NCBI GenBank assembly: GCA_965234725.1
Contig: CBDDUX010000044.1
Coordinates: 1 to 58,341 of the forward strand
DNA length: 58,341 nucleotides
Source of the DNA: Thermoplasmatota archaeon
GTDB lineage: Archaea; Thermoplasmatota; Penumbrarchaeia; Penumbrarchaeales; Penumbrarchaeaceae
Direction of reading: 5' to 3'
Each line of letters starts with the position of its first letter. The stretch's first letter is position 1. Shown piece by piece: positions 27,911 through 38,589 of this stretch. The notes under the pieces were generated by a model. The model saw only the letters and a list, made by a program, of their open reading frames with translations, did not search any database and was not told the origin of the DNA. A program made the position numbers and the translations under genes.

Positions 27911-30900
27911 TCAATAGGTTGGAGGTTGTTGGGGTGGTGGGAGCTGTGATTGGCCTGGCTGTGGCCCCAATCCACCTGTCCTAACATCTCCCGGGAGTCC
28001 CTGCTGTTGTCCAGGTGGAATCCCCTGATAAGTTCCAGGAGGGATGCCTCCAGGTGGGGGTATCTGTTGGGCTGCGTTATTCTTCCTCATTACAAGGAGC
28101 CCAGCTACAACGATCACGGCCACAAGGATGACACCGATCAACAATACGGCCACTATCAGGCCTGTTGATGTGCCTTCGTCATCACTCCCATTATCGACCG
28201 GTTTGTCTCCTCCCGTATCATCAGTTGTGTCATCGTCGGAATCCACAACAGGAGTGTAGATCTCGAAGACAGAAGTGGTCAATTCGTAGGTCAATTTCTC
28301 CCTGGACTTGTCGGTGACGAGGATCCTGATCTCGTACTCGGCTGATTCTATCTCAGATACGTCCCAGATGAAGGATGTTGTCTCCAGGTTCAATGCACCA
28401 TCGATGGGTATCCATCCATCCGTTCCGGCAGGCCGGTAATAGAGCCCATATGTGACTCCTTTCCCTTCGGGGTCTTCGCCGTTCCAGGATATTGTGATCT
28501 GTCCGGTCTGGTTGGATTGAGGTTCTGGAACGTCTGTAAATTCCACCGTAGGGGGGTCGTTATTGTCCACTATGATCCCGGTATAGATGAAATCGGTTGT
28601 CTGGTTGTTATCCCCCGGCTGGCAGTCTGCCACCAGTACCTTGACATCGTATGTGCCGTCTGCCCAATCATTCACATCCAATGTATAGCCGTTCGTATTC
28701 TGTATTCCCTGTGCTCCTTCAACGGCCATCCAATCTCCCTCTGCGGTCTTGTAGTATATCCATACCTTCAGACCATCGCTTTCGAACGGGTCAGGATCAG
28801 AGGCTATCCATGAGAGGGTTGTGACCTTCTCAACTTTGCCAGTGGGTCCGATGACGTTGGTGGCTATTGGTGGGTCCGGGTTGTAAACTGTCACGAAAAG
28901 TGTGTCAGTATCGGAAACCAGGTCCCTTGAATCCTTGACGACTATCTTCAATGTGTAAATGCCGTCTCCCTCTGCCTGATCTGCGGTATTCCAGATAAAA
29001 GAACCCTCATCTGTACCGTAGGCATCATCCAATGCTTTCCAGTAGGTATCCCCCTCGAACATATAGGATATCTCAAATGTAAGATCCTCAGGGTCCTCCT
29101 CGTCGTATGAGTCCCAGATGACATCAACATCTCCGGTGACCGTGTCATCTTCATTGGGTGATGTGAACTCTACGGTTGGCTGGTCATTGTTGTAAATTTT
29201 AAAGATACCGGTCTCAACTTCGACGGAGTAGCCGTCCGTGTCCCTGATCCTTATCTTTACCCTGTAGTTATCGCCGTCCTCGAAATCCTCTGTGTTGAGG
29301 TTGAAATTTCCCGAATTGGACTGGTCGGGCCATTCCCTGAAGTATGTCGCTCCCCCGTCATTCGAGAGGTAGATGTCCGCTCTTAGACTGGCTTTATTAT
29401 CCTCGCCCTCGTCATCTTGTGCGTTCCATTTTATCTGAGCTGGTCCTGATAGCTCCTTTCCTGTCGTGGGCTGGAATATCTCAAGTTCCGGTGGATCTGG
29501 GTTGTTGATATCGAACCTGAACTCGCTTGTGGCCTCATACTCATCGGTCATGTCGTCGGTGTCGGTGACCACTATCTTGAGCTTGTAGTTCTCCTCGTCA
29601 TCCACTCTGGGGTCCATGGTGTTCCAATCATATGTCTCTACATCCATGAGGTCCTCAACAATGGGTGTCCAGGTGGAGACCGCGTTCGATTTGTAGAAGA
29701 TATCGACAGAAAGACCAGTGTCATCCTCATCGTCTGACATGGTCCATGATATCTCGAACACACCTTTTACAGGTTCATCATTTATCACTTCCAACATCTC
29801 ATACTCATTGAGACTTATCACAGGAGCATCCGGGTTGAGGACCGTAACGTCGATTATCGATTCGCCTATGTCATCCCAGTAGTCCTTAGCCCTGAGCATG
29901 ATCTCATATTCGCCGTCTGGATAAACATAGTTGGCACCTGCTTTCATCGCTGTGTCCCACTTGAAATTGCCACCTGTCAGTGAGATGGAACCCCACTCAG
30001 TCGTTCCCTTCTCCCGAACATATACGGATTTGACTATGTGATCGTCGCTTGCATCGGGATCGGTGGCACTGAATGAGATATCGACTTCGCCGGAAAGGAC
30101 GGAATCCTCGGCAGGAAGAATATCGGAAATAATAGGATCGCTTGAAGGAACGTTGAACACCCTCTGTGTCTGCATCGACTGGGCGATCCATCCGAGATAT
30201 GCATCTGAATTCGATCCATGCCTTCTTGGATAAGCATCCTGTAGCAGGACTACATTACAATCCACAAGGGCGTTATCGAATGCGGCATCTTCGATGGTAA
30301 CCGAGAAATCTATCCATGCGGATGTGCTTGAATGACCTGCCCTGGCTGTGATATTCAATGGCGATGAGCTGACACGTGCATTGATCTTACTTTTAATATT
30401 ATTCTCAACCGCCGTGTTATTGGGGTCGCTCGATCCACCTACATTGGGATCGACTCCATCAACAACCCATGTCGGGATCCCGGTGCTTGATGAATAATAG
30501 GCTTTCCTGTTTGCACCCGCAGTATTTCCATATGTTCCTCCTGAACCATGGAATTCAATACCGATATACTTCTCGGGGAACCAGTCACTGTCATGGTCCA
30601 TTCTGTCCATTGCTCCGATGATCGCTGTACAATAAGTGCACCAGGTCGCGGTGAAATCCTCAAGGAGTATTGCTTGATTATCACCTGTGACAACCTCATC
30701 ACCTGAGAGGTTGACAAAGACTGCCTGATAAATTTCGGCATGGGTAAGGCTATCACTTCCCGTTCCTCCATTTGACTTCACCTGTTTCGTGTGCTTATCC
30801 TGGAAGAAGATGACAAATGAAATATCGTCCCAGTCGTTCGCTGTCAGGTTGGTATGTCCTGAATAATTCGGATCCGTGTCACTATAGAATGCTGGTTTGC

Positions 30901-31060
30901 TGAACGTCCAGTTGTAACTCTCAGTTAACTGATATAAGGGGTTGGCCCTGGAATCTTCGGCATCCACATTTTCGATGACGGGAGCCACCGATATTACGGC
31001 AAATGATGCCATGAGCATTATCGCAACCAGTGCCAGAGGTAGTAAGGTTTTCATTTTCAT
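27911..31060 (-). CDS. Surface protein with thioredoxin-like (Omp28-like) CxxC domain, tandem Ig-like domains, TM anchor and Pro/Gly/Gln-rich tail
   Basis: Signal peptide; LLEDFTATWCTYC; repeated ISW...D.D/W.T..DG.Y.I domains; TM; PPGG/QQ tail. Confidence 0.85.
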   Translation of the reverse strand: MKMKTLLPLALVAIMLMASFAVISVAPVIENVDAEDSRANPLYQLTESYNWTFSKPAFYSDTDPNYSGHTNLTANDWDDISFVIFFQDKHTKQVKSNGGTGSDSLTHAEIYQAVFVNLSGDEVVTGDNQAILLEDFTATWCTYCTAIIGAMDRMDHDSDWFPEKYIGIEFHGSGGTYGNTAGANRKAYYSSSTGIPTWVVDGVDPNVGGSSDPNNTAVENNIKSKINARVSSSPLNITARAGHSSTSAWIDFSVTIEDAAFDNALVDCNVVLLQDAYPRRHGSNSDAYLGWIAQSMQTQRVFNVPSSDPIISDILPAEDSVLSGEVDISFSATDPDASDDHIVKSVYVREKGTTEWGSISLTGGNFKWDTAMKAGANYVYPDGEYEIMLRAKDYWDDIGESIIDVTVLNPDAPVISLNEYEMLEVINDEPVKGVFEISWTMSDDEDDTGLSVDIFYKSNAVSTWTPIVEDLMDVETYDWNTMDPRVDDEENYKLKIVVTDTDDMTDEYEATSEFRFDINNPDPPELEIFQPTTGKELSGPAQIKWNAQDDEGEDNKASLRADIYLSNDGGATYFREWPDQSNSGNFNLNTEDFEDGDNYRVKIRIRDTDGYSVEVETGIFKIYNNDQPTVEFTSPNEDDTVTGDVDVIWDSYDEEDPEDLTFEISYMFEGDTYWKALDDAYGTDEGSFIWNTADQAEGDGIYTLKIVVKDSRDLVSDTDTLFVTVYNPDPPIATNVIGPTGKVEKVTTLSWIASDPDPFESDGLKVWIYYKTAEGDWMAVEGAQGIQNTNGYTLDVNDWADGTYDVKVLVADCQPGDNNQTTDFIYTGIIVDNNDPPTVEFTDVPEPQSNQTGQITISWNGEDPEGKGVTYGLYYRPAGTDGWIPIDGALNLETTSFIWDVSEIESAEYEIRILVTDKSREKLTYELTTSVFEIYTPVVDSDDDTTDDTGGDKPVDNGSDDEGTSTGLIVAVLLIGVILVAVIVVAGLLVMRKNNAAQQIPPPGGIPPGTYQGIPPGQQQGLPGDVRTGGLGPQPGQSQLPPPQQPPTY

Positions 31061-31430
31061 CGTATCACCCTAGAGCTAATCAAACCTCACGTAGTGAGGA
31101 CTGGCGACCATTGATGGCCCGGATATATATTGATTTTCATGCTTCCCTAGATATAGTAGTACGTAACAGGAGAACCAGGGGGACGTGGAAAGAACTGAAA
31201 TAATGTCATGATTACCCTTTTTTTATGGGATATATATCACAATCCTGTAGAATTCCTCAGTTATCTTATTATCGGGGGCCGTCTGTTCGCGATTAGAACA
31301 CATCTGCTTTACATGTTAACACATTCCCATGATCAAGGCAAGACCAGGCGATGTTTGGTTGACCATACCTTATTATAGAAACATCATTTTCCCGGACCGA
31401 CGGACTTCCTTTGACGGAGGTTATCTGCCC

Positions 31431-33359
31431 ATGGATGACAAGGATTTCGAAGCACTTGGCTTCAAATGCGGATTGGAGATCCACCAGCAGCTCCTGACGG
31501 ACCGTAAGTTATTTTGCCGGTGTCCCCCGGTTTACAGGAACGATCCGGCACATTACAGGATCATCAGACATATGAGACCCACACTATCGGAGATGGGGAC
31601 ATATGATGGAACGGCCCTTATGGAGTTCAAGACCCGTAAAAATATCACATACGAGTTTTTCAGGGATACCACCTGTTCATATGAGATCGACGACACGCCT
31701 CCCTTTGAGATGGACCAGAAGGCCCTTGAGATCTCAATGGTGATAGCAAGGTCCATGGATTGCGCCCTTGTGGATGAGGTCCATGTATCCAGGAAGCAGT
31801 ACCTTGACGGGTCGATCCCTACGGGTTTCCAGAGGACCACTATAATCTCTCTTGGGGGATCCGTACCTTGGATGGATGGAAGAAGGATAGATATCAGGCA
31901 GATATCACTTGAAGAGGATGCATGCAGAGAGGTCTCTGACAAGGGACATGAGGTGGTCTTCAGGACCGATAGACTTTCAATTCCCCTTGTAGAGGTTGTT
32001 ACAGAGCCGGATGCAAGAAATCCGACTGAAGCCGGAAAAATGGCGGAGATCCTCGGCTGGGTGATGAGATCCACCAAACTAGTCAGAAGAGGTCCCGGAG
32101 CAACCAGACAGGATGTGAACGTATCTGTTGAGGGAGGAACAAGGGTCGAGATCAAAGGAGTCCCCTTTCTCGAATGGATACCTCCGATAACCGCCGGGGA
32201 AGCTATCAGACAGTATAACCTGTTGAAGATCAAAGCACTCCTTGAGGAAAGGGACCTCGATCCCGATCCCATGAGGATCGATGATATTACCTCGTTTAAG
32301 TCTGTGGACGTGACCGATGTCTTTTCCGGGCGTACCCTTGAGATAATGGACGATTGGTTCAACGGCCCTATTGTCAATGGAAAGGGATTGGATGTAAAAG
32401 CGGTCCTTATACCCGGTTTCAAGGAGATATTCTCCCATCCGACCCACGGAGACCAGACATTCTCCGACGAGGTATCCGGAAGACTCCGGGTGATATCCTG
32501 TCTGGATAGAATGCCCAATCTCCATACCTCCGATGATGTTCCTTTTGGTGGTATCACAGCTCAGGATATGGAACGCATCGGTGATCTGTTGGAAGCAGGA
32601 GAGAATGATGCTTTCGTTCTTGTTTGGGGGCCAAAAGCCGATACCCTTTCAGGTGTCATGGAGGTCCATAATAGGTCCCGGGAAGCATTCGATGGAGTTC
32701 CCAATGAGACCCGTCAGGTCATTACACCTGACATTACAACCTTCGAGAGGATCCTGCCCGGTCCAGATCGAATGTATCCCGATACCGACAGTCCTCCGAT
32801 CGTCGTGACAAAGGAAATATTGGACAATGTGAATTCAATGGTGTCCACTCCATGGTGGGTCCATAAAAAGTCCCTTTTGGATGCCGGGGTTCCCGAGCAG
32901 GTTGCACATAGATTGGTGGCATCTCCATGGCTCCATATACATGAGTCAGCCGTTATGAAAGGGGCGGACCTGAAATTTTCGGCCATATTCACGATGGAAG
33001 GGCTCAAACATCTCAATAGAAAGGGTCTGGACATCAACTCCATGGACCCTGAGATCATTGCAGAGGTCATAGCAATGCCTGCAAAGGGTTTGCTCTCTGT
33101 GAATGCCATTCCGAAGGTTCTCTGGGTCATTGCATCTTCCGGAAAAGGTACTTTGGATTTGATCAATGATCTGGGTCTTCAACCTTTGAAAGGAAAGGAT
33201 CTTAATGATGCTGTGGAAGACCTGATCAATGATAATATTGAACTGAAAGATGATTTCGTCAAAGGCAGGATCGGTCCATTGATGGGAATCGTAATGGATA
33301 GCATCGGGGACAGGGCAGATGGCTCGGTGGTCTTTGAGATCATCCAGAGCTTGTCCTGA
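31431..33359 (+). CDS. gatE: Glu-tRNA(Gln) amidotransferase subunit E
   Basis: GFKCGLEIHQQL, KLFCRCP, DGSIPTGFQRT, LEEDACR, RRGPGATRQDVNVS, LPGPDRMYPDTD; start 31431 follows GGAGGT (ORF track 31329). Confidence 0.93.
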   Translation: MDDKDFEALGFKCGLEIHQQLLTDRKLFCRCPPVYRNDPAHYRIIRHMRPTLSEMGTYDGTALMEFKTRKNITYEFFRDTTCSYEIDDTPPFEMDQKALEISMVIARSMDCALVDEVHVSRKQYLDGSIPTGFQRTTIISLGGSVPWMDGRRIDIRQISLEEDACREVSDKGHEVVFRTDRLSIPLVEVVTEPDARNPTEAGKMAEILGWVMRSTKLVRRGPGATRQDVNVSVEGGTRVEIKGVPFLEWIPPITAGEAIRQYNLLKIKALLEERDLDPDPMRIDDITSFKSVDVTDVFSGRTLEIMDDWFNGPIVNGKGLDVKAVLIPGFKEIFSHPTHGDQTFSDEVSGRLRVISCLDRMPNLHTSDDVPFGGITAQDMERIGDLLEAGENDAFVLVWGPKADTLSGVMEVHNRSREAFDGVPNETRQVITPDITTFERILPGPDRMYPDTDSPPIVVTKEILDNVNSMVSTPWWVHKKSLLDAGVPEQVAHRLVASPWLHIHESAVMKGADLKFSAIFTMEGLKHLNRKGLDINSMDPEIIAEVIAMPAKGLLSVNAIPKVLWVIASSGKGTLDLINDLGLQPLKGKDLNDAVEDLINDNIELKDDFVKGRIGPLMGIVMDSIGDRADGSVVFEIIQSLS

Positions 33360-33410
33360 ATCAGTTGACAATACCTTTAATTATGCATACTCACCATTGC
33401 GCATCGAGGG

Positions 33411-33755
33411 ATGCCAATGTCCAACGAGATCAACCTGGGTCGGCTTTTCTATTCATCAATCGAGGATGTCCTTGGTGGAGAGGACCTGGTAATGGAAGTT
33501 GCCAGGGACATGATCAAGGACGAGATAAAGGCAAAGTTCAAGAGAACTCTAGATGAGAATCCTGAGTTAAAAACGGAACTCAAGAATGCTCTCTCACAGT
33601 ATTATGAAGCAAAGCTTGAACAGACCATTGCTGCAATGAAGATAGCAAAAGCATCTGTCCATCTTGGTCTGAAGACCGTTCCAAAGGAGCTTCAGGACGA
33701 GGTTTCTGAAGAAGTAGAGAAAGAGATCAGCAGGATCATAGACGATACTCTATAG
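33411..33755 (+). CDS. Helical hypothetical protein
   Basis: 114-aa ORF with GAGGG RBS, co-oriented with the glmU-glmS run. Confidence 0.7.
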   Translation: MPMSNEINLGRLFYSSIEDVLGGEDLVMEVARDMIKDEIKAKFKRTLDENPELKTELKNALSQYYEAKLEQTIAAMKIAKASVHLGLKTVPKELQDEVSEEVEKEISRIIDDTL

Positions 33756-33784
33756 TCGTTTGCGTATAGGTAGGTGTATTCCAG

Positions 33785-35041
33785 ATGAAAGCTGTTGTTC
33801 TGGCCGCAGGAGAGGGAAGGAGACTTAGACCACTTACAGGTAAAAGAGGCAAGGGAATGCTTCCGGTAGGAAATAGACCAGTTATATCCTATGTTATGGA
33901 AGCCCTGGCAGATTGCAATATTAGGGAGATCGTTGTGGTCGTCGGATACCAGAAAGAAAGGGTAATGAACCTTCTTGGAGACGGAAAGGACCTGGGTATC
34001 AAAATTGAATATGCACCACAAAAGTTCCAGTTAGGAACAGCCCATGCTCTTTTTCAGGCAAAGGAAAAACTTGAAGGACAGTTCTTGGTCGTTCCCGGGG
34101 ACTCCCTTGTCGATTCCGAGGCTTTGAAGACACTCTCCCAGGTTCCCGAGGGTGAGTGGGGAATGCTTGTAACGAGAACTTCGAACTCTTCCAAATACGG
34201 TGTTGTTGAGGTATCAGGAAACAGGTTGGATTATATCAGGGAAAGACCCAAGATAACAGAGGATATCATCTCCAGTGGAGCACCGTCGGCTTTTGCATTG
34301 GCACTCTGGGAATATCAAGACCCAACAAGTTCAGCTCTAATTAACACAGGAACCTACCTTATGGACACGTCGGTGTTCGAGAGACTGGAATCGATGGAGG
34401 TAGGTCAGCCGATGACCCTTACTTCTTGTTTATCCGATGAAGCGAAGAAGAGACCAATAAGGATCATCCAGACCGAGAAATGGTTGGATGCTGTCTACCC
34501 ATGGGACCTCCTGGTCCTTAATGAACATGTTCTGTCTCGGTCACCCAAGTCCATCTCTGGAACCATCGAGGAAGGAGTTGTGATCAAAGGTAATGTGAGG
34601 ATAGGACCGAATGCGAGGATCAGGGCCAATACCATATTGGAAGGACCAGCGGTTATTGGTGAAGGTTCAACTATTGGACCCTGCGCCTATGTTGGAGCGA
34701 ACACCTCTGTGGGAGAGAATTGTTACATAGGACCGTTTTCTGTTCTCAAAGGTTCATTGATCATGGACGATGTGGTCATTGGAGCCCATTCTTCCATTTA
34801 TCAGTCGGTAATTGCACAGGGATGTGCAATAGGTGATTTTTTTGGTGTCGAACAGGGAGGATACAAGATCAGGGTTGAACGGTATACCAGCTCCAAGACC
34901 TTGGGTGCCGTGGTAGGTGAGGACTGTGATATCTCCCATCATGTCTCATTGTCTCCGGGAGTGATCCTTGGCAATGGTTGCAAAGTGGGACCCATGAGGG
35001 CTTTGAAGGAAAATCTTCCTGATGGGACCCATGCGGTGTGA
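33785..35041 (+). CDS. glmU: Bifunctional sugar-1-phosphate nucleotidylyltransferase/acetyltransferase (archaeal GlmU-like)
   Basis: MKAVVLAAGEGRRLRPLT, QLGTAHAL, hexapeptide repeats; adjacent to glmS. Confidence 0.85.
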   Translation: MKAVVLAAGEGRRLRPLTGKRGKGMLPVGNRPVISYVMEALADCNIREIVVVVGYQKERVMNLLGDGKDLGIKIEYAPQKFQLGTAHALFQAKEKLEGQFLVVPGDSLVDSEALKTLSQVPEGEWGMLVTRTSNSSKYGVVEVSGNRLDYIRERPKITEDIISSGAPSAFALALWEYQDPTSSALINTGTYLMDTSVFERLESMEVGQPMTLTSCLSDEAKKRPIRIIQTEKWLDAVYPWDLLVLNEHVLSRSPKSISGTIEEGVVIKGNVRIGPNARIRANTILEGPAVIGEGSTIGPCAYVGANTSVGENCYIGPFSVLKGSLIMDDVVIGAHSSIYQSVIAQGCAIGDFFGVEQGGYKIRVERYTSSKTLGAVVGEDCDISHHVSLSPGVILGNGCKVGPMRALKENLPDGTHAV

Positions 35042-35050
35042 GGTGTTTCC

Positions 35051-36865
35051 ATGTGCGGCATCGTTGGATATATCGGAAACCAGGAGGCGACCAGCGTATT
35101 GCTAGATTCATTGAAGAAGCTGGAATACAGGGGTTACGATTCCTCTGGTGTGGCCATATTGGTCAATGGTCCAGAGGGAATGGACCTTAAAGTGACCAAA
35201 AGTAAAGGGTATATCGCAGAACTTGAGGAAAAGATCGAAAGGACGGATTCCAGGATCGGGATCTCTCACACCAGATGGGCCACACATGGTGTTCCCAATG
35301 AGAACAATGCCCATCCACACGTGAACGGATCTTCCTCGATCGCCGTGGTCCATAATGGGATCATCGACAATTTCATGTCATTGAAGGATGAACTTGGAGA
35401 TAAGGGGCATTCGTTTACAACGGAGACCGATTCCGAGGTCATACCACATCTATTAGAGGATGAATATGAAAAGAACGGTGGGGACCTTTTGGAGGCCTTG
35501 AGATCCTCTGTTAAAAGATTGAAGGGATCCTATGCCATCCTTGCCATCCATAAGGACCATCCTGATATCCTGGTCTCAGCAAGAGAAAAAAGCCCCATGG
35601 TCTTAGGAAAAGGTGTTCACGAATCCTTTGTCGCCTCCGATGTCACTGCTCTTCTCAAATACACCAACAGGTTCCTTTACATGGAGGACGGGGAGATAGC
35701 CCGAATATCAAAGGACTCCATTGAGGTTCAGAAGCTTGATGGTGCTAAAGTGGACCGGGAATGGATCCGAGTTGATTGGTCCCTTGAAGATGCGGAGAAG
35801 GGTGGATTCAAACACTATATGATCAAGGAGATTTTCGAACAACCGAGAGCCCTTCACCAATCCCTCTCAGGATGGAGGTCGGATGAGGTAAATATTCCCC
35901 GTGATCTGGTCCAGACCCGTATGGTCAGGCTGATAGCTTGCGGGACCTCTTATCATGCTGGCATGGTAGGTAAATACCTCTTCGAGAAGTTCACGGGTCT
36001 TCCTACGATCGTTTCTATGGCCTCCGAATACAGGTTTGCGAATATTACCAAGGATAATTCCTTGATGATGTTCATTACCCAGAGCGGAGAGACCTTGGAT
36101 ACCATAATGGCAGCCAGGGAAGCCCATGCACGCGGGTTAAGGACCATTGCAATTACCAATGTAGTGGGGTCTACCATCACCCGTGAGACAGATATCACTC
36201 TCTATCTTCGTTCCGGACCTGAGATCGGTGTTGCGGCCTCCAAGACATTCACTTCCCAATTGATGATGATGTATCTCTTCTCATCATATATGGGATTCAG
36301 TATGGGGACAATCCAGAGGGAGGAGTTCAAGGATGTGGAGAACAACCTCCGGGATATTATCAGGGCTGTTGAAGGCATATTGAACAATAAGGAAATAATA
36401 AAAGAGCAGGCTGACTGGTTCAGGCAATTTGAAAATGCGTTCTTCCTCGGAAGGTATATTAATTACCCTACAGCACTTGAAGGGGCCCTTAAAATGAAGG
36501 AGATATCCTATATCCATTGCGAGGGTTATCCTGCCGGGGAACTAAAACACGGCCCATTGGCACTTCTCACCGAAAAGACTCCGGTAGTGGCGATAGTGGC
36601 AAATGATCATACATATGATAAGATGCTCGGTAATATTGGCGAGTGCTCCGCAAGGGGTTCTCCGGTTCTTGCCATTGTTCCTGAGGGGGACACAGAGGTG
36701 AATAAATACACAGACAGGATCCTCTACTACCCAGACCCCGGAGCTTCCTATTCGCCAATACCGGTTTCAGTATTACTTCAACTTCTTGCATACTATACGG
36801 CTGATATGAGGGGTTGTTCAATAGATAAACCCAGGAACCTGGCGAAATCCGTTACCGTGGAATGA
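35051..36865 (+). CDS. glmS: Glutamine--fructose-6-phosphate aminotransferase
   Basis: MCGIVGY, LEYRGYDS, HTRWATHG, GELKHGP, DKPRNLAKSVTVE. Confidence 0.98.
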   Translation: MCGIVGYIGNQEATSVLLDSLKKLEYRGYDSSGVAILVNGPEGMDLKVTKSKGYIAELEEKIERTDSRIGISHTRWATHGVPNENNAHPHVNGSSSIAVVHNGIIDNFMSLKDELGDKGHSFTTETDSEVIPHLLEDEYEKNGGDLLEALRSSVKRLKGSYAILAIHKDHPDILVSAREKSPMVLGKGVHESFVASDVTALLKYTNRFLYMEDGEIARISKDSIEVQKLDGAKVDREWIRVDWSLEDAEKGGFKHYMIKEIFEQPRALHQSLSGWRSDEVNIPRDLVQTRMVRLIACGTSYHAGMVGKYLFEKFTGLPTIVSMASEYRFANITKDNSLMMFITQSGETLDTIMAAREAHARGLRTIAITNVVGSTITRETDITLYLRSGPEIGVAASKTFTSQLMMMYLFSSYMGFSMGTIQREEFKDVENNLRDIIRAVEGILNNKEIIKEQADWFRQFENAFFLGRYINYPTALEGALKMKEISYIHCEGYPAGELKHGPLALLTEKTPVVAIVANDHTYDKMLGNIGECSARGSPVLAIVPEGDTEVNKYTDRILYYPDPGASYSPIPVSVLLQLLAYYTADMRGCSIDKPRNLAKSVTVE

Positions 36866-36913
36866 GGACAAAGTTGAATTAGGAACTAAACGATCAAGGT
36901 TCGGGAAAGCAGA

Positions 36914-37594
36914 ATGAGAAGGTCCTTAACTTTTCCGATAAAGGTCCTGGTGTCAGTGTTCTTTAGTGTAGCATGCCTCACGGGTGCCTTTTCATCCCCA
37001 TCGGCCATTTCAGGTGATATCAACCTTGAGAACCAATGGCCCATAGCTCCGCTTAAGGATGAGGAAACGATCCTTCAGGTCCAAGGCGCCTTTATCCTTA
37101 CAGAGAGGAGTGGTCTTGACCTGATCTCACCTGTTACAGCAACCGTATCGGTGAGTTCAGGACAATGGGATGCGGTTCCCAGAGTGTCAACATACAGTGA
37201 TGTAACCCCCAATGAATGGATCAACTTCATAATCGATATCACGATCCCAACCGAGGCAAGAACGGGGGAGAACTCTCCCTATACTGTGACAGTAAGTTTC
37301 GAAGGGCAGGTCAGTAATGATGAAGTTACCGCAGGTTTTGTCGTCAGTATCATCAGTGTCACAGGCGATGATGATCCAGTTGATGACGATACAAAACCAT
37401 CTGACGGCAATGAAGATCAGGAGAACAATGGATTTCCCATATGGCCGGTCTTCCTGCTTGGGTTGATAGCAATACTTGTTATCGCAGGTATATGGGCCTA
37501 CAGGAATGTTGAGATAGTAAGGGAAACCGATGGAAGGAGACGGGTCTATCTTCGGGAGAAGGATACTGGAAGGATAATCGGAAAGGACAGGTAG
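36914..37594 (+). CDS. Secreted, membrane-anchored hypothetical protein
   Basis: Signal peptide, beta-rich domain, acidic linker, TM helix, basic tail. Confidence 0.75.
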   Translation: MRRSLTFPIKVLVSVFFSVACLTGAFSSPSAISGDINLENQWPIAPLKDEETILQVQGAFILTERSGLDLISPVTATVSVSSGQWDAVPRVSTYSDVTPNEWINFIIDITIPTEARTGENSPYTVTVSFEGQVSNDEVTAGFVVSIISVTGDDDPVDDDTKPSDGNEDQENNGFPIWPVFLLGLIAILVIAGIWAYRNVEIVRETDGRRRVYLREKDTGRIIGKDR

Positions 37595-37626
37595 AGAGGA
37601 CTTTAGTTACTATTCCATTAATTCCC

Positions 37627-38589
37627 ATGGGAGGAAGGATGTTGGAACCCATGAATAGTTCGAGAAGGGTGGCCGTCATCTTCAATCCTAATGCCGGAGC
37701 TGGTCGTTTCAAATTCAATGAGGAATCACTCCTGAAGAAGATGACCACTCTTTCCAGGAGATCCAATGTTCATCTTGATATTGAAACTACAAGAACAACA
37801 TGCAAAGGGGATTGCTTAGAGATGACGAAGGATGCTATTTCCGATGGTTGTGATGTTATCGCCGTTGCAGGTGGTGATGGCACGATCATGGAAGCAGTGA
37901 ACTCTATCGTGGGGACCAGAGCATCCTTAGGTATCATTCCCATTGGATCTGGGAATGATACGATAGTCTCAATAGCAGGTCATAAGGATATGTCCCGCTG
38001 CTTGCAGGATATTATAAACTCACGACCTGAACCCTTGGACCTGGGTTCAATGAATGGGACATATTTCCTTAATGTTTTAGGCATTGGCCTGGATGCGGAG
38101 GTGAACCATATGGTTGCAAAGCGAAGGGACCTGGTCACAAAGATCGGACCTGCTTTGACCTATACCTTTGCCGCAGTTAAGGTCCTTTTCAACTTCAAAC
38201 CTCATTTGATCACACTATCAGTTGATGGGGGTCCACCTGTAAACCATTCAATAAGTCTATGCACCATCGGGAATGGCACCACCTGCGGAGGCGGATATCG
38301 CCTGACTCCAAGGGCCGTTATGAACGATGGACGGCTCGATCTTTCAATATCTGGTTTCATAGGGAAGATACCCTCTCTCCTGAACATCAGGAACGCATAT
38401 TCCGGGAAGCATATTCTCAGGAAGGAGAATAAATATAGACAATTCAAAAGGGTAGAGATATCGGGGAATTCAATGGTTTTACCATATCACATGGATGGGG
38501 AACCCGGATCCGTAACCAAGATGATAATCGATGTGGTTCCTGGGGGCATATCATGTGTCCATCCGCATACTCCCTCTCATTTGACATAG
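37627..38589 (+). CDS. Diacylglycerol-kinase (YegS/DAGK) family lipid kinase
   Basis: IFNPNAG, VAGGDGT, LGIIPIGSGND, GIGLDA, GGG, MDGE. Confidence 0.92.
   Translation: MGGRMLEPMNSSRRVAVIFNPNAGAGRFKFNEESLLKKMTTLSRRSNVHLDIETTRTTCKGDCLEMTKDAISDGCDVIAVAGGDGTIMEAVNSIVGTRASLGIIPIGSGNDTIVSIAGHKDMSRCLQDIINSRPEPLDLGSMNGTYFLNVLGIGLDAEVNHMVAKRRDLVTKIGPALTYTFAAVKVLFNFKPHLITLSVDGGPPVNHSISLCTIGNGTTCGGGYRLTPRAVMNDGRLDLSISGFIGKIPSLLNIRNAYSGKHILRKENKYRQFKRVEISGNSMVLPYHMDGEPGSVTKMIIDVVPGGISCVHPHTPSHLT

Noticed and set aside
31065-31125. Leader hairpins as a fluoride or other known riboswitch
   Set aside because: Lacks the GGCGAUG...CUGAUG consensus, and the downstream gene is not a typical target.
31553-32557. 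334-aa antisense ORF
   Set aside because: Shadow of gatE on the opposite strand, with no recognisable motifs.
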